Shown one piece after another: positions 25,907-36,900 of a stretch of DNA of 64,000 bases (within the stretch, counting starts at the first letter, position 1; each line of letters starts with the position of its first letter). The notes beneath the pieces were generated by a model that saw only the letters and a program-made list of their open reading frames with translations, made no database searches and had not been told where the DNA came from. Position numbers and translations under genes: made by a program. The stretch comes from Anaerolineales bacterium (GTDB taxonomy: Bacteria; Chloroflexota; Anaerolineae; Anaerolineales; E44-bin32). Where the stretch lies: positions 15,766 through 79,765 of the forward strand of contig DAOULU010000038.1 in assembly GCA_034417075.1 (NCBI GenBank), written 5' to 3'.

Positions 25907-27067
25907 TCACTTCGATTTTCCCCATCCATCACGTAACACACGCCATGCGTTCAATCCTAAGAACTTCTCGATCTCACTCTGAGAATATCCATCAACGACC
26001 AAACGCTGAATTAAGAACTTCATTTCGCTCGCATCCTTCAGATCGTCTGGAGGATCGGTGAAACCGTCAAAATCACTACCGAAGCCAACATGATCCTCCC
26101 CCGCGATCTGATGGAAATGCTGCAGCGTTTGGGATACGAAATCGATTCCACGCAGACGATGATAGGGCGCAAGCCAATAGTTCATGAAGATTACACCGAT
26201 AATGCCTCCCGTTTCAGCGATGGTTCTAACTTCCCAATCCTGTAGATTGTAGGGGCTTGGATTGATTTCGCTGGTACCTATATGCGTAGCCAGGAGCGGC
26301 GCTCGAGCCCCAACGATGTCGTAAATTTGTCTTCGCGCAGTGGGCGTACAATGCGTGACGTCGATCAACATGCCCAACTCAATCATCCGCTCCACGACTC
26401 TCACACCCAATTCACTCAAACCCTTGGTTAGATCGCGTCTTCCCCCGAAACAACCTAACTTCTGCATTGTTTCGGGAAACGGAAAGACTGGCGGCGCGAC
26501 GCCGTTGTCGTAGAAATGAGCCAACGTGAGATACGCCACACCGCGTTCGAAAAGGGTTTCCAGCTTCTGCAGGTCAAGTTCGATGCTGTGCGCGCCTTCC
26601 ACGCAATGAACGTAGGCGATGGGGCCCTTTCCTCCGAGCGAGAGTATCTCATTCAGTTCCTGCACGGAGTGCGCCATCTTTGCATAAGGTTCTCCCGTCT
26701 CCGGATCGACCGCCTCGTTTACCACTTTCTCGATCTCATCCAACAAATTCAACGTGAGTCGAAAATACTGCTGCGATGCAATTTCCTTATAAACAGGTAG
26801 GAAAAAACGCAGCAAGCGCAGCAATCCACAATCATCCAGCAGACCCTTCTCAGGCGCGTAGATCACCGAATTCAACGCCGAAATTCCACCCTCACGCAGT
26901 TTTGAAAAATCCGTACGCATGCTGAAGGGGTCGAATCGAGGCGCAGCCTTCTGATTCAATGTAAAAATCCGCCGCATGATCGACAATTTCAGCGAGGGAT
27001 GCGCGTGCAAATCGAAGATGATCGCAGAATCCTGAATGTGTTTACACATCGTTTGTGCATGGTTCAT
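25907..27067 (-). CDS. Membrane dipeptidase family (peptidase M19)
   Basis: The FDLHAHPS metal-binding start and the HVGFGSDFDGF motif are typical of M19. I chose ATG 27067 (MNHAQ), which has GGAGG upstream. Confidence 0.7.
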   Translation of the reverse strand: MNHAQTMCKHIQDSAIIFDLHAHPSLKLSIMRRIFTLNQKAAPRFDPFSMRTDFSKLREGGISALNSVIYAPEKGLLDDCGLLRLLRFFLPVYKEIASQQYFRLTLNLLDEIEKVVNEAVDPETGEPYAKMAHSVQELNEILSLGGKGPIAYVHCVEGAHSIELDLQKLETLFERGVAYLTLAHFYDNGVAPPVFPFPETMQKLGCFGGRRDLTKGLSELGVRVVERMIELGMLIDVTHCTPTARRQIYDIVGARAPLLATHIGTSEINPSPYNLQDWEVRTIAETGGIIGVIFMNYWLAPYHRLRGIDFVSQTLQHFHQIAGEDHVGFGSDFDGFTDPPDDLKDASEMKFLIQRLVVDGYSQSEIEKFLGLNAWRVLRDGWGKSK

Positions 27068-27289
27068 GATCACACCGCCTCCGAGTCTGTGGCTGAAGAA
27101 GATGTACCGCAATACTCTCCCAGCAAGTACCAGAATATCAAAGAATCTTCAATGAAAACTGAACTCGGTGTATCGTCACTTTAACATCAAAACTTGTTCA
27201 GCACTGACGCAATACTAATCACACCGAACATGTTAAGGACAACCTGTTACAATAAAGACCGATTCCTGAAACAAAATGGAGTGTGTAGA

Positions 27290-27577
27290 ATGGGAGCCGT
27301 ACGCCGTCTGGTACTCGATACGCTAAAACCACTCGAGCCCACCATTATTGAACTCGCCCAACAGATCAGCGAGTTGCCGGGTGTGGATTCAGTAAACATC
27401 AGCATTTACGAAATCGATAGAAAAGTGGAAAACGCCAAATTGACCATCGAAGGATCCGATATCCATTTCGAAACCGTAAGAGACCTCGTCCGCGAACTTG
27501 GTGGTTCGATACACTCGATCGACGAAGCGGTCGCTGGAAAAGCCATCATTGATGATGCCTCAACTCTGCAGGATTAA
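27290..27577 (+). CDS. DUF211-family small protein (archaeal-type)
   Basis: VRRLVLDTLKPLEPTIIELAQQISELPGVDSVNISIYEIDRKVENAKLTIEGSDIHFETVRDLVRELGGSIHSIDE matches my memory of DUF211. I chose ATG 27290, with GGAG 10 nt upstream and TGTTACAAT at 27245-27253. Confidence 0.7.
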   Translation: MGAVRRLVLDTLKPLEPTIIELAQQISELPGVDSVNISIYEIDRKVENAKLTIEGSDIHFETVRDLVRELGGSIHSIDEAVAGKAIIDDASTLQD

Positions 27578-27613
27578 TACCCATCGTGCAGACGAATCGA
27601 TCTGGATGAATCC

Positions 27614-28210
27614 GTGAACCCTCTGGAACGCTTTGCGCAAAAATTTCAACGATACAATCAACTTTCCAACATCGGAGAGATTGCTCGTCGCTACTTCGCC
27701 ATGAATGCCTTCGATGGTGTGTTAACCATCATCGGCGTGCTGATGGGGAATTTTACCGCAGGCGTCGAAGACGCCCGAATCGTCGTGACGACCGGAATGA
27801 CGACCTGCATCGCCATGGGCATCTCGGGACTGTGGGGTGCCTACCTCACCGAAGCTGCCGAACGTCAGCGAGAGCTCAATGAACTCGAGGGATTTACACT
27901 CACTAGCTTGCGTGAAACTCGTCTGGGGGAAGCTTCGCGCGCCGCTGTTGTGATTGTTGCCGCGGTGGACGGGCTCTCACCTTTCTTGGCCGCGTTAATT
28001 GTGTTACTACCTTTCTTCTTCACCCAACTTTTCCCCACGATTCGCTGGGTTTACCTCAGCGCGCTGGGGCTGTCGCTGCTGGCATTGTTCGGTTTGGGTG
28101 TTTTCCTGGGGCGCGTATCCCGCCAGAACGTCTTCGTCTACGGACTGCGAACAGTTATCGCCGGCGGCATCTCCATCATCATCAGCTTGCTTCTCGGCGG
28201 CACAGCCTGA
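27614..28210 (+). CDS. VIT1/CCC1-like (TIGR00267-type) membrane protein
   Basis: Pattern FAMNAFDGVLTIIGVLMG ... GISGLWGAYLTE ... with 4-5 TM helices. The start codon is GTG. Confidence 0.55.
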   Translation: MNPLERFAQKFQRYNQLSNIGEIARRYFAMNAFDGVLTIIGVLMGNFTAGVEDARIVVTTGMTTCIAMGISGLWGAYLTEAAERQRELNELEGFTLTSLRETRLGEASRAAVVIVAAVDGLSPFLAALIVLLPFFFTQLFPTIRWVYLSALGLSLLALFGLGVFLGRVSRQNVFVYGLRTVIAGGISIIISLLLGGTA

Positions 28211-28309
28211 GGACAAACCAAGGATCATCCAATCCTCGCTCGTTCCCTTTTTTGAATTCCTGCGTTGTGGATACGGACCATCGTACGCTTGCACGAAATC
28301 CGTTCTGCG

Positions 28310-29194
28310 ATGAAAATCATGCCTATGAAACGCTGGTATCTATTTCTCCTCATCGGTATCGTGTTGTTTGCCGCAGGATTTGGTTCGGGAGCAGCACTGG
28401 ATGACCACATTTTCTCCACAGCGACGCCCACACGAACCCCGACATTGACTCCCACCGAAACGATCACGCCCTCCGAAACCAACTCACCCACACCGTCATT
28501 CACACCGAGCTTGACGCCGACGAAGACGCTCACGCCAAGCATCACCCCCTCACCGACCATCACCCTGACGCCCAGTCTGACACCGACCCCCAGCAACACA
28601 CCTACCATCACACCCACGCAGGTGGTACAGGCACGCGTCCTGGTGCAGTCCAACTGCCGCTACGGTCCCGGCTCGGCCTACCTTTACGAATGGGGACTCT
28701 TCCCCAAAAATCGGGTGACGGTTCTCGGGCGCAACCAAGACAGCACTTGGGTTTACGTCGATCCCTGGACCTACATCGATTACTGCTGGGTAAAAACTGA
28801 ATTCCTGGAGATCCTCCGCGGCGATGTGGAAAGCCTGGTGCAAATCCGCACGCTGCTCCCTTATACCGAATTTTACTGGGCACCGCGGAACGTGAGCTCG
28901 AGCCGGGTGGAAAGCGGTGACATCATGGTCAACTGGGATCTGGTGCCGATGAGCCTAGACGACGACCGCGGCTACCTGATCGAAGCCTGGCTGTGCCAAG
29001 ACGGGCAGTTGCGTTTTACCCCGCTGCACTTCTGGAATCCACCGGCATTTCTGCACGACGAACCAGGCTGCCTCGAACCATCCAGTGCCCGCATCTACAC
29101 CGCCGAGAAGCACGGCTACACCACGTGGGTGTTGATCAACATCCCGCCCTATCTCACGCCCACGCTGACGCCGGAACCGTCTGAAGAGCCGTAA
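28310..29194 (+). CDS. Secreted/anchored protein: TM, about 65-aa Thr/Pro linker, SH3b-like and Ig/FN3-like C-terminal region (uncharacterised)
   Basis: [24 protein letters not shown] anchor and a [33 protein letters not shown]... linker. The domain assignment for the C-terminus is by eye only. Confidence 0.7.
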   Translation: MKIMPMKRWYLFLLIGIVLFAAGFGSGAALDDHIFSTATPTRTPTLTPTETITPSETNSPTPSFTPSLTPTKTLTPSITPSPTITLTPSLTPTPSNTPTITPTQVVQARVLVQSNCRYGPGSAYLYEWGLFPKNRVTVLGRNQDSTWVYVDPWTYIDYCWVKTEFLEILRGDVESLVQIRTLLPYTEFYWAPRNVSSSRVESGDIMVNWDLVPMSLDDDRGYLIEAWLCQDGQLRFTPLHFWNPPAFLHDEPGCLEPSSARIYTAEKHGYTTWVLINIPPYLTPTLTPEPSEEP

Positions 29195-29203
29195 CCCCTC
29201 CCC

Positions 29204-30493
29204 TTACCCTTTAGCCGCCGATGTGCCAGCGAGCCAGCCCGTTGAAAAAGCGGCTTGCAGATTATAGCCCCCTGTATCAGCATCCAGATCGAGTACTTCG
29301 CCCGCAAAATACAATCCGTCTACGAGTTTTGAGCCCATCGTGCGCGGGTCCACTTCACGCAGATCTACGCCGCCTGCGGTGATGATGGCCTCCTTGAAGG
29401 AACGATGCCCTGAAACAGAAAGCCGGAAATCTTTCAACCATGTACGCAGTCGCTGGCGTTCACCTGTGGTAATTTGATGCGCCGGTTTTCTGGCAGGAAT
29501 GCCGACCAAATCGACGCACACCGGGATCAGCTTGCGCGGAAGCAAGTCCTTAAGAATCGTCTGGAACTGACGTTTACCGTGCGCATCCAAATCCCGCAGC
29601 AGTCGAGCGTCTAGTTTCTCATCGTCCAATGCAGGTTTCAGGTCGATGGAAAGTTCCACACGTCGACCCTTCCGCAGCGCATCCACCACCTTCCGGCTTT
29701 GGCTCAAGACGATGGGCCCAGAAACGCCGAAGTGGGTGAACAACATCTCGCCGAACCCTTCTGCGAACACTTCATCTTTGTGAAAGAACCGCGCGTTGAT
29801 ATTACGCAGGCTCAAGCCCTGAAGTCTCGAGGGTACATCTCCTTCGATTTCGAGTGGAACGAGTGCCGGACGAATCGGCACGATCGTGTGTCCCACGGAT
29901 GCCGCCAGCCGGTAACCGTCCCCCGTCGATCCCGTGCCGGGGTAGGACGCACCGCCGGTCGCCAGGATGACCGCACGAGCTCGAATGATCCGCTCTACTT
30001 TATCGCCCCCTGATTTGAATCGCGGTGACGGGAATTGCGTCTCGACGAACACTGCGCCCTGGATGCTGCCGTTGTCCACGATCAATTTGTCGACCTTCGC
30101 CCGCGTTTGCAGAACCACGCCGTTCTTCGCCATCCAAGCCTGCAGAGCCAGAACGATTTCCTGCGCATCATCGTGGACTGGAAATATTCTCCCACCTCGT
30201 TCCTCCACGGTTTGAATCCCCATATGCTGCATGAATTCAAGCAGATCGGCGCAGAAGTAACGCGAAAATGCAGAATACAGGAAGCGGCCATTTTCACCGA
30301 AGTGACCGATAAAAACGTCCAACGGAGCCGAGTTGGTCAAATTGCAGCGGCCCTTACCCGTGATGCGCAGCTTTCGACCGGGCTGCTCCATCTTCTCTAG
30401 AAGGTTCGTTTTTACACCGGATGCAGCCGCCATGCCGGCAGCCATCATCCCGGCGGGTCCACCGCCTACTACAATGACATCTAAATCGGCCAT
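29204..30493 (-). CDS. BaiN/RdsA (HI0933-like) family NAD(P)/FAD-dependent oxidoreductase
   Basis: DVIVVGGGPAGMMAAG dinucleotide fold, GKGRCNLTN motif and a C-terminal GGYNLQAAFSTG. Confidence 0.75.
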   Translation of the reverse strand: MADLDVIVVGGGPAGMMAAGMAAASGVKTNLLEKMEQPGRKLRITGKGRCNLTNSAPLDVFIGHFGENGRFLYSAFSRYFCADLLEFMQHMGIQTVEERGGRIFPVHDDAQEIVLALQAWMAKNGVVLQTRAKVDKLIVDNGSIQGAVFVETQFPSPRFKSGGDKVERIIRARAVILATGGASYPGTGSTGDGYRLAASVGHTIVPIRPALVPLEIEGDVPSRLQGLSLRNINARFFHKDEVFAEGFGEMLFTHFGVSGPIVLSQSRKVVDALRKGRRVELSIDLKPALDDEKLDARLLRDLDAHGKRQFQTILKDLLPRKLIPVCVDLVGIPARKPAHQITTGERQRLRTWLKDFRLSVSGHRSFKEAIITAGGVDLREVDPRTMGSKLVDGLYFAGEVLDLDADTGGYNLQAAFSTGWLAGTSAAKG

Positions 30494-30724
30494 TTAATCG
30501 GATCCTGCATCGTTATCGGCCCTTCGTAGCCTGAGATCCGCATCCCGTGCGAAAATCGAGTTGCCCCGCCACCCAATCTGGAGCACAATATCTCTTCCTG
30601 AAACATTGTAGAACACTTTATCATAGAGGGGATAAATGTCATCACAGCTTACGCCGCAAAGTGATCATCCTCCATTTGAGCTTCTGGTCATCCGAGGTTA
30701 AACTATACGCGGGAGGATTCGCAC

Positions 30725-32884
30725 TTGAGCCTGGATGCTTTCTTCACACCACAATCGGTAGCCGTAATCGGCGCCTCCACCAATCCCGAAAAGCTCGGTT
30801 ATGCCGTGCTGGACAATCTGGTCAACGGCGGATTCCTGAACGACAGTCGTAAGGTATATCCGATCAATCCCAAGGCGGACAGTATCCTCGACCTGCCCGC
30901 ATATCCCTCTGTGACGGACGTTCCCGGCCCGATCGATCTGGCCGTCATCGTCATACCTTACCCCATCGTTCCCGAAGTCATACACGACTGTGGCGAAAAG
31001 GAAATCCCCGCAGTCATCGTCATCAGTGCCGGTTTTCGTGAAGCGGGGATGGAAGGCCTGGAACGAGAAAACGAATTGCTCGAACTGGCAAAGAAATACG
31101 ACATCCGCCTCATCGGACCCAACTGCCTCGGGGTCATCGATACCGTAACGCCGCTCAACGCCTCATTCTCGGCCGGATTACCTCCCGGCGGACCGATGGA
31201 TTTCATGTCGCAATCCGGCGCTCTGGGTACCGCAATTCTGGATTGGGCGCAAGCCGGAAAGTTAGGTTTGAATAAATTCGTCTCCCTGGGGAATAAAGCA
31301 GACGTAAGCGAAACCGATCTACTCCGCGCCTGGGCTAAAGACCCGAATTCAAACGTGATCTTGGCCTATATCGAAGGGCTTCCGGACGGGCAAGAGTTTA
31401 TCGACGTGGCTCGCCGTGTCTCCAAACACAAACCCATCATCGTACTCAAATCCGGTACGACTCAAGCCGGATCGCGTGCGGTAAGTTCACACACCGGCTC
31501 GTTGGCCGGTTCGGAACAAGCCTATACTGCCGCTTTCCGGCAGGCCGGCGTCCTGCGCGCTACTTCGCTCCAAGACCTCTTCGATAACGCCCTGGCGTTC
31601 GGGTATCTACCGCCCTTGAAAGGAGACCGCATCGCCATCGTTACCAACGCCGGCGGACCGGGCATACTTGCCACCGACGCGCTCGAACGCGCGGGCTTGA
31701 AACTCGCTCGTTTCGAACCCGAATGCCTGCGGCAGTTGGAAAAATTCCTTCCGGATGCTGCCAGCGCGGCAAATCCGGTCGACGTACTTGGTGATGCTCG
31801 CGCCGATCGATATCGTTTTGCTTTAGAACAAGTGACCAAGGATCCCAACGTCGATGGCGTATTGGTCATTCTCACTCCACAAGCGATGACCGAAATCGCT
31901 AAAACAGCACAGGTCGTCGTCGAGATCGCCGGCGAGGTAGATGCACCCATCATGGGCTGCTTCATGGGTGAGGCGCGTATCGAAGCGGGTGCAGAGATTC
32001 TCGAGGATCACAAATTACCCAATTTCACTTTTCCTGAGCGAGCAGCGCAAGTTTTTAAATCGATGAGCACCTACCGCAGTTATAAAGCCGAGCCATTACC
32101 AACTTTCGAGACCTTTGATGTCGATCGACACAGCGTACGGGCTACGATCGACAATGCCTTCGAGGAAGGCAGGGTCACCATCGGGGACGCGGAGGCTCGT
32201 TCCATCCTCGAAGCCTACGACTTACGCATCCCCCCATCCCAAGTCGCGCGCACGGACGATGAAGCCGTCGAAATTGCCTCCAGTATGGGTTATCCGGTTG
32301 TATTGAAAGTTGCCTCCCCGGATATCCTACACAAGACCGATGTCGGCGGAGTGAAAGTCGGGCTACGGGAGGCAACTGATGTGCGGGATGCATTCGACTT
32401 GATCACCTATCGGGCTCAGCGCTACCTGCCCGAAGCACGTCTCTGGGGATGCCTGGTACAGAAGATGGTGCCGCAAGGCCTGGAGGTTCTCATCGGTATG
32501 AACCGTGATCCTCAATTTGGTCCTTTGGTAACCTTCGGCCTGGGAGGCATCTATGTAGAAATCATCAAGGACGTTGCCTTCCGTGTTGCGCCATTCTCGC
32601 GCGCAGAGGCAGAAGCGATGCTGAATGAAATTCGCACCCACGCCCTCTTAGACGGCGTTCGCGGCCAACCCCCTGTCGATAAGCAGGCCATCATCGACGC
32701 CCTACTTCGAATCGCACAGCTGGTACAAGATTTTCCTGAGATCGCGGAATTAGACATTAACCCCTTCATCACGTACGAACAGGGGCATGGAGGCATCGCA
32801 ATCGATATGCGCCTCATCTTGAATCCGGAAATGAAAGCGGAACCGTCAAAAGTTCTGGCTACGCAATTAGGGAGTTCGTCATGA
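30725..32884 (+). CDS. ADP-forming acetyl-CoA synthetase / acyl-CoA synthetase (NDP-forming), fused alpha-beta
   Basis: 719 aa with a CoA-binding N-terminus (SVAVIGASTNPEKLGY), a succinyl-CoA-synthetase-like ligase domain and a C-terminal ATP-grasp. The start is TTG with a GGGAGGA Shine-Dalgarno. Confidence 0.8.
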   Translation: MSLDAFFTPQSVAVIGASTNPEKLGYAVLDNLVNGGFLNDSRKVYPINPKADSILDLPAYPSVTDVPGPIDLAVIVIPYPIVPEVIHDCGEKEIPAVIVISAGFREAGMEGLERENELLELAKKYDIRLIGPNCLGVIDTVTPLNASFSAGLPPGGPMDFMSQSGALGTAILDWAQAGKLGLNKFVSLGNKADVSETDLLRAWAKDPNSNVILAYIEGLPDGQEFIDVARRVSKHKPIIVLKSGTTQAGSRAVSSHTGSLAGSEQAYTAAFRQAGVLRATSLQDLFDNALAFGYLPPLKGDRIAIVTNAGGPGILATDALERAGLKLARFEPECLRQLEKFLPDAASAANPVDVLGDARADRYRFALEQVTKDPNVDGVLVILTPQAMTEIAKTAQVVVEIAGEVDAPIMGCFMGEARIEAGAEILEDHKLPNFTFPERAAQVFKSMSTYRSYKAEPLPTFETFDVDRHSVRATIDNAFEEGRVTIGDAEARSILEAYDLRIPPSQVARTDDEAVEIASSMGYPVVLKVASPDILHKTDVGGVKVGLREATDVRDAFDLITYRAQRYLPEARLWGCLVQKMVPQGLEVLIGMNRDPQFGPLVTFGLGGIYVEIIKDVAFRVAPFSRAEAEAMLNEIRTHALLDGVRGQPPVDKQAIIDALLRIAQLVQDFPEIAELDINPFITYEQGHGGIAIDMRLILNPEMKAEPSKVLATQLGSSS

Positions 32885-33954
32885 ACGCACTTTATGTCAC
32901 CTCACTGGAACCGTATTCCGGCAAAACAGCGGTTTGCCTCGCACTCGGCAAACAACTGCAATCCGATGGTCACAAAATCGCCTACATCAAGCCCGTCAGT
33001 ACACAACCCTGGCGAACGCCGGATGGGACACTTGCCGATGAGGATGCCGTCTTCGTCCACAAGGCATTAGATCTGGAGGGTGACCCGACGAAAGCCGCAC
33101 CCGTCATCGTCACCGCTTCGACTCTTCGGAAACGTCTCACAGGCGTGGACGATGAAGACTTGATGGCCAAAATCAAGAACGCTGCTGATGCTGCCGTTGA
33201 AGGTAAAGACATGCTTCTCCTGGAAGGGCTCGCCAGCTTGAGGGAAGGGTATGCCATGGGGCTATCGAACCTGCGTGTCGCCGAAATGCTCGGAGCGCCA
33301 GCCTTGGTCTTGGTCGCCTATTCCGGCGAGATGCGCCTCGTCGACGATGTGCTCACGGCACAATTCCGACTCGGCGAGCAACTGTGTGGCGTGATCATCA
33401 ACCGCGTACCTGAAGAAGGAAACGAATTCATCCAGAACTACGCCCGCCCATACCTCGAAGAACATGGCATTCGCGTGCTCGGCTCCCTGCCCAGCGTCCC
33501 AAATCTCTCTGCACTCAGCATTGGAGAACTGGTTGATTTATTGGACGCCGAGATTCTCACCAAACACGTCGATCCCAACACATTGGTGGAGCGATTCACC
33601 GTCGGCGCCATGACGGCAGAAGCCGCTCTTTCTCGCTTCCGCCGCTACCAACACAAAGCCGTCATTACGGGCGGAGACCGAACCGATATCCAACTTGCGG
33701 CGCTGGAAACATCGACGTCCGTCCTAATTCTGACCGGAAATCTACAACCCAGTCCATTGATCATCCAGCAGGCGGAATCGCTGAAAGTGCCGATTCTTCT
33801 GGTCAAAGACAATACAATGGAGACCGTCGATTTGATTGAACGAATGCATGGAAAAACGCGGCTCGGTCAACCCGAAAAAATCAATACTTTTCTACAGCTC
33901 ATGACGGAAAACGTAGATATTCAAGCGATCTTCAACGTATGTTTTAGCGCTTGA
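32881..33954 (+). CDS. Phosphotransacetylase N-terminal-domain-like protein (BioD-like P-loop + DRTGG domain), no acetyltransferase domain
   Basis: MNALYVTSLEPYSGKTAVCLALG P-loop-like start and ITGGDRTDIQLAAL (DRTGG). It overlaps the upstream stop in an ATGA arrangement. Confidence 0.7.
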   Translation: MNALYVTSLEPYSGKTAVCLALGKQLQSDGHKIAYIKPVSTQPWRTPDGTLADEDAVFVHKALDLEGDPTKAAPVIVTASTLRKRLTGVDDEDLMAKIKNAADAAVEGKDMLLLEGLASLREGYAMGLSNLRVAEMLGAPALVLVAYSGEMRLVDDVLTAQFRLGEQLCGVIINRVPEEGNEFIQNYARPYLEEHGIRVLGSLPSVPNLSALSIGELVDLLDAEILTKHVDPNTLVERFTVGAMTAEAALSRFRRYQHKAVITGGDRTDIQLAALETSTSVLILTGNLQPSPLIIQQAESLKVPILLVKDNTMETVDLIERMHGKTRLGQPEKINTFLQLMTENVDIQAIFNVCFSA

Positions 33955-33965
33955 TCCAGGGTCAC

Positions 33966-36900
33966 TTATGAGGCGCGTTCTTCGACGGTAGAATCCGGCT
34001 CGACAGGCAGCCAGATCGTGAAAGCACTGCCGGCTCCCTCTTCACTTTTCAGTGAAATCCACCCTTCATGTCGTTGGATGATCTCGTCGCAGATTGCCAA
34101 ACCAAGACCCGTCCCCGGCGTGCCGACTTTCCGGCTGGCCTTGCCGCGAAAGAATCGCTGGAACACGCGCGCTTGTTCCTCTTCCGTGATTCCGAGTCCC
34201 GTGTCTCTGACGGTCAGCGTCACCCAACGCTTCCCGTTTTCCTTCTGAATTGCCGTGGATATCGTCACACAACCTCCCGGGGACGTATAGTTCATCGCAT
34301 TCGTCATCAAGTTGGAAATGACCTGAGAAAGAAGACGATCGTCTGCAACAACATCGGGTAAATCCGTGGAAAATTCGAATCCCACCTGCAAATTTTTGTC
34401 CGCAAACAATCTCTTCCGATCTTCCACCAAGCCACGTGCGATGGTATTCAAATCGACGAGAGTTGGCTTCAATTCCAGCGTATCGGCATCCAGCCTGGAA
34501 ACGGTCAGCAAATCATCGATCAAGACAACCAAACGCTCGGTCTCGCGATTCAAAGTTGCTAGATAAGATTCATAGCGATCAGGTTTTCCCATACCCAGCA
34601 ATTCCAAGTAGAGCAAAATGTTGCTTAGAGGAGTGCGTAGTTCATGGGAGACATCCGAAACGAATTGCGTTTTTAATCGATCCGCTTCCTGGGATTTCTT
34701 CAACGCTTCAGCTAACTCTTCCGTTCGGTCAGCGATGGTTGCTTCAAGTTCCTCTGCATGCCGGCTCAACCTCTCGTAAAGAGCAGCATTTTCAATGGCG
34801 ATAGAAATGTTATCGGCGAGCAGCATAAGCAGACGCATGTCGTCTTCGCTAAGATCGTTACGAAGCGGAGATTCCACGTTTAACACTCCGATGACGACAT
34901 CGTCCGTCTGCAATGGGACCACAATTTCACATTGAGAGTCGGTACAACCCGATACGTACTCGGGGTCTAAACTTACATCGGGAACGAATATCGCTTCAGC
35001 CATGCGAGCTGCCCGACCCGTCACCCCCTGCGAAATGGGTAATCGGAAGGGAATCGCATCCTCGCTGCCACGAGCTGCTCGCAGTACGAGTTCATCGTCT
35101 TCGACAAGATAGATTTCAACGACGGGATATCCCAACTCCTCACCCACCTGTCTGACGACCTCGAATAAGAGCGACTGCATATTCAATCTGCGATTAACGA
35201 CTTGCGCCACGTGCCTCAAAGTGGTCACTTCCGAAAGCCGTCGATTGATTTGCTGATATTGTTCAGCGTTCGCCAGTGCCAAGCCGACTTGATGTGCAAT
35301 CGATTCGAGCAAATCGAGATGTTCGTTTCGAAATGCACCCACCTTCTTGTGAAATATCGCTATCACGGCTCGAAGATTCTCGTTGGCATAAACGGGAACG
35401 CACAACGCCGAACGTACATTTTCACCCACGCCGGGAATCCGCAGCCAAAGCTCATCTCCACGAACATCGGATCGCAGGATGGGCTCGCCATGCTCTGCAA
35501 CCCATCCGATTAACCCTTTTCCGACGCGCATCTCAAGGCGACTGTCCAAGTCGGTAATTGAGATTCGATCGCGACGGACAGAAGCGAGGAGCTGCATTCG
35601 GTCCCCATACGGGTCGAGCATGAACGCCTCGGTCGATTCACCCTCTAAATTATCATTGATCAGGGTCACTGCGCGTTGAAGAAGCTCCACGGGATCCAAC
35701 GTCTGTGAAACCACCTGGGCGATGTCGTGCAGTAGATATACTCGCTGGCGCTCGGATTCACTGGCCTCATACAGTCTGACATTCTCGATTGCAATTGCAG
35801 CTTGATTGGCCAAAATCCTCAACATGCGCAGTTCAACATCTTCGAACTCGTGAGCTTGTAAGTAGGCGACATTCATCACCCCAATGGTGCGCTCCCCGGT
35901 CTTCAATGGCATACCGACGATGGCACCTTCCCAGGGATCATCCTGATAAAGCTCGTGCTCAGCGGTACTGTTGATCACGATCGGTTTCCCTGTACGTGCC
36001 ACCTTGTATGTCAAACCATGCGGACGCGGTTCCGAGTATGGTTTATCGTGATCTTCACTAGCCCAACGTGCGGCGCCAAAAAAGACCTCATCCCCGTCGA
36101 ATAAAAAGATGTGCGCATCATCCGCATCTATGAATTCCAGGGTGTGCTTGAGAACATTTTCTAACACCGCCTTCGATTCCAGACTTGATATCATGCTCAA
36201 GCTGGCCTTACGCAGCGCCTCGAATTCCTCGCCGCGGCGTTTTTCCATTTGCAAACGTGCGATTCCGTGAGACAGATCATCCGCGACAATTTGCAACACT
36301 TCAATCATTTCGCCATTGAACGCTTCGGCTTCAGCTGAGACAACGTTGACCGAACCCAAGAGGCGGCCTTCCATCTGCAGGGGTAGAATTGCCAGCGAAT
36401 GAAAACCTCGCCGTTCGATCTCCCCACGCCACTCTGCCAGGCGATGGTCCCGTTGGATGTTGCGGAGTACAAAGGGATTGACATCCTGGGTATCTGCATC
36501 ATTAAATTCTTCTGTTGAATAAATACGGTCGATCAATGCTTCGAAAGTACTCAACCCACCAGTTTCTTCTCCGCACGAAGCCGCGATATTGAGGTCCCTA
36601 ATTCTTTCGTCGGCAAGTCTTACCCATACCAAACGATACCCCCCATACTCCAGCAACAAATGACAGACTTCTTCAATAAGTATTTCAGGCGCCCGGGCGC
36701 GGAGTACGCGTTCACGAACTTCATATAGCAGGCGAAAGGCTCCACTTTCTTGCAGTAATTGCCGCTCTAGATCTTCGAACGCCATGCGCAAATTCAGAGA
36801 ACCCCGTACGATTCCTAACGACGATCTGATCCCTTGCGTTTGGCCCCATCGGCCTTGCTCCAATTGCCGTTGTAGGTAGCGAAGATAGACGCTCACAAAT

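Noticed and set aside
28225-28653. 142-aa minus-strand ORF rich in Val/Gly ([14 protein letters not shown]...).
   Set aside because: It is the mirror image of the Thr/Pro linker coding region on the plus strand, a typical antisense artefact of low-complexity sequence.
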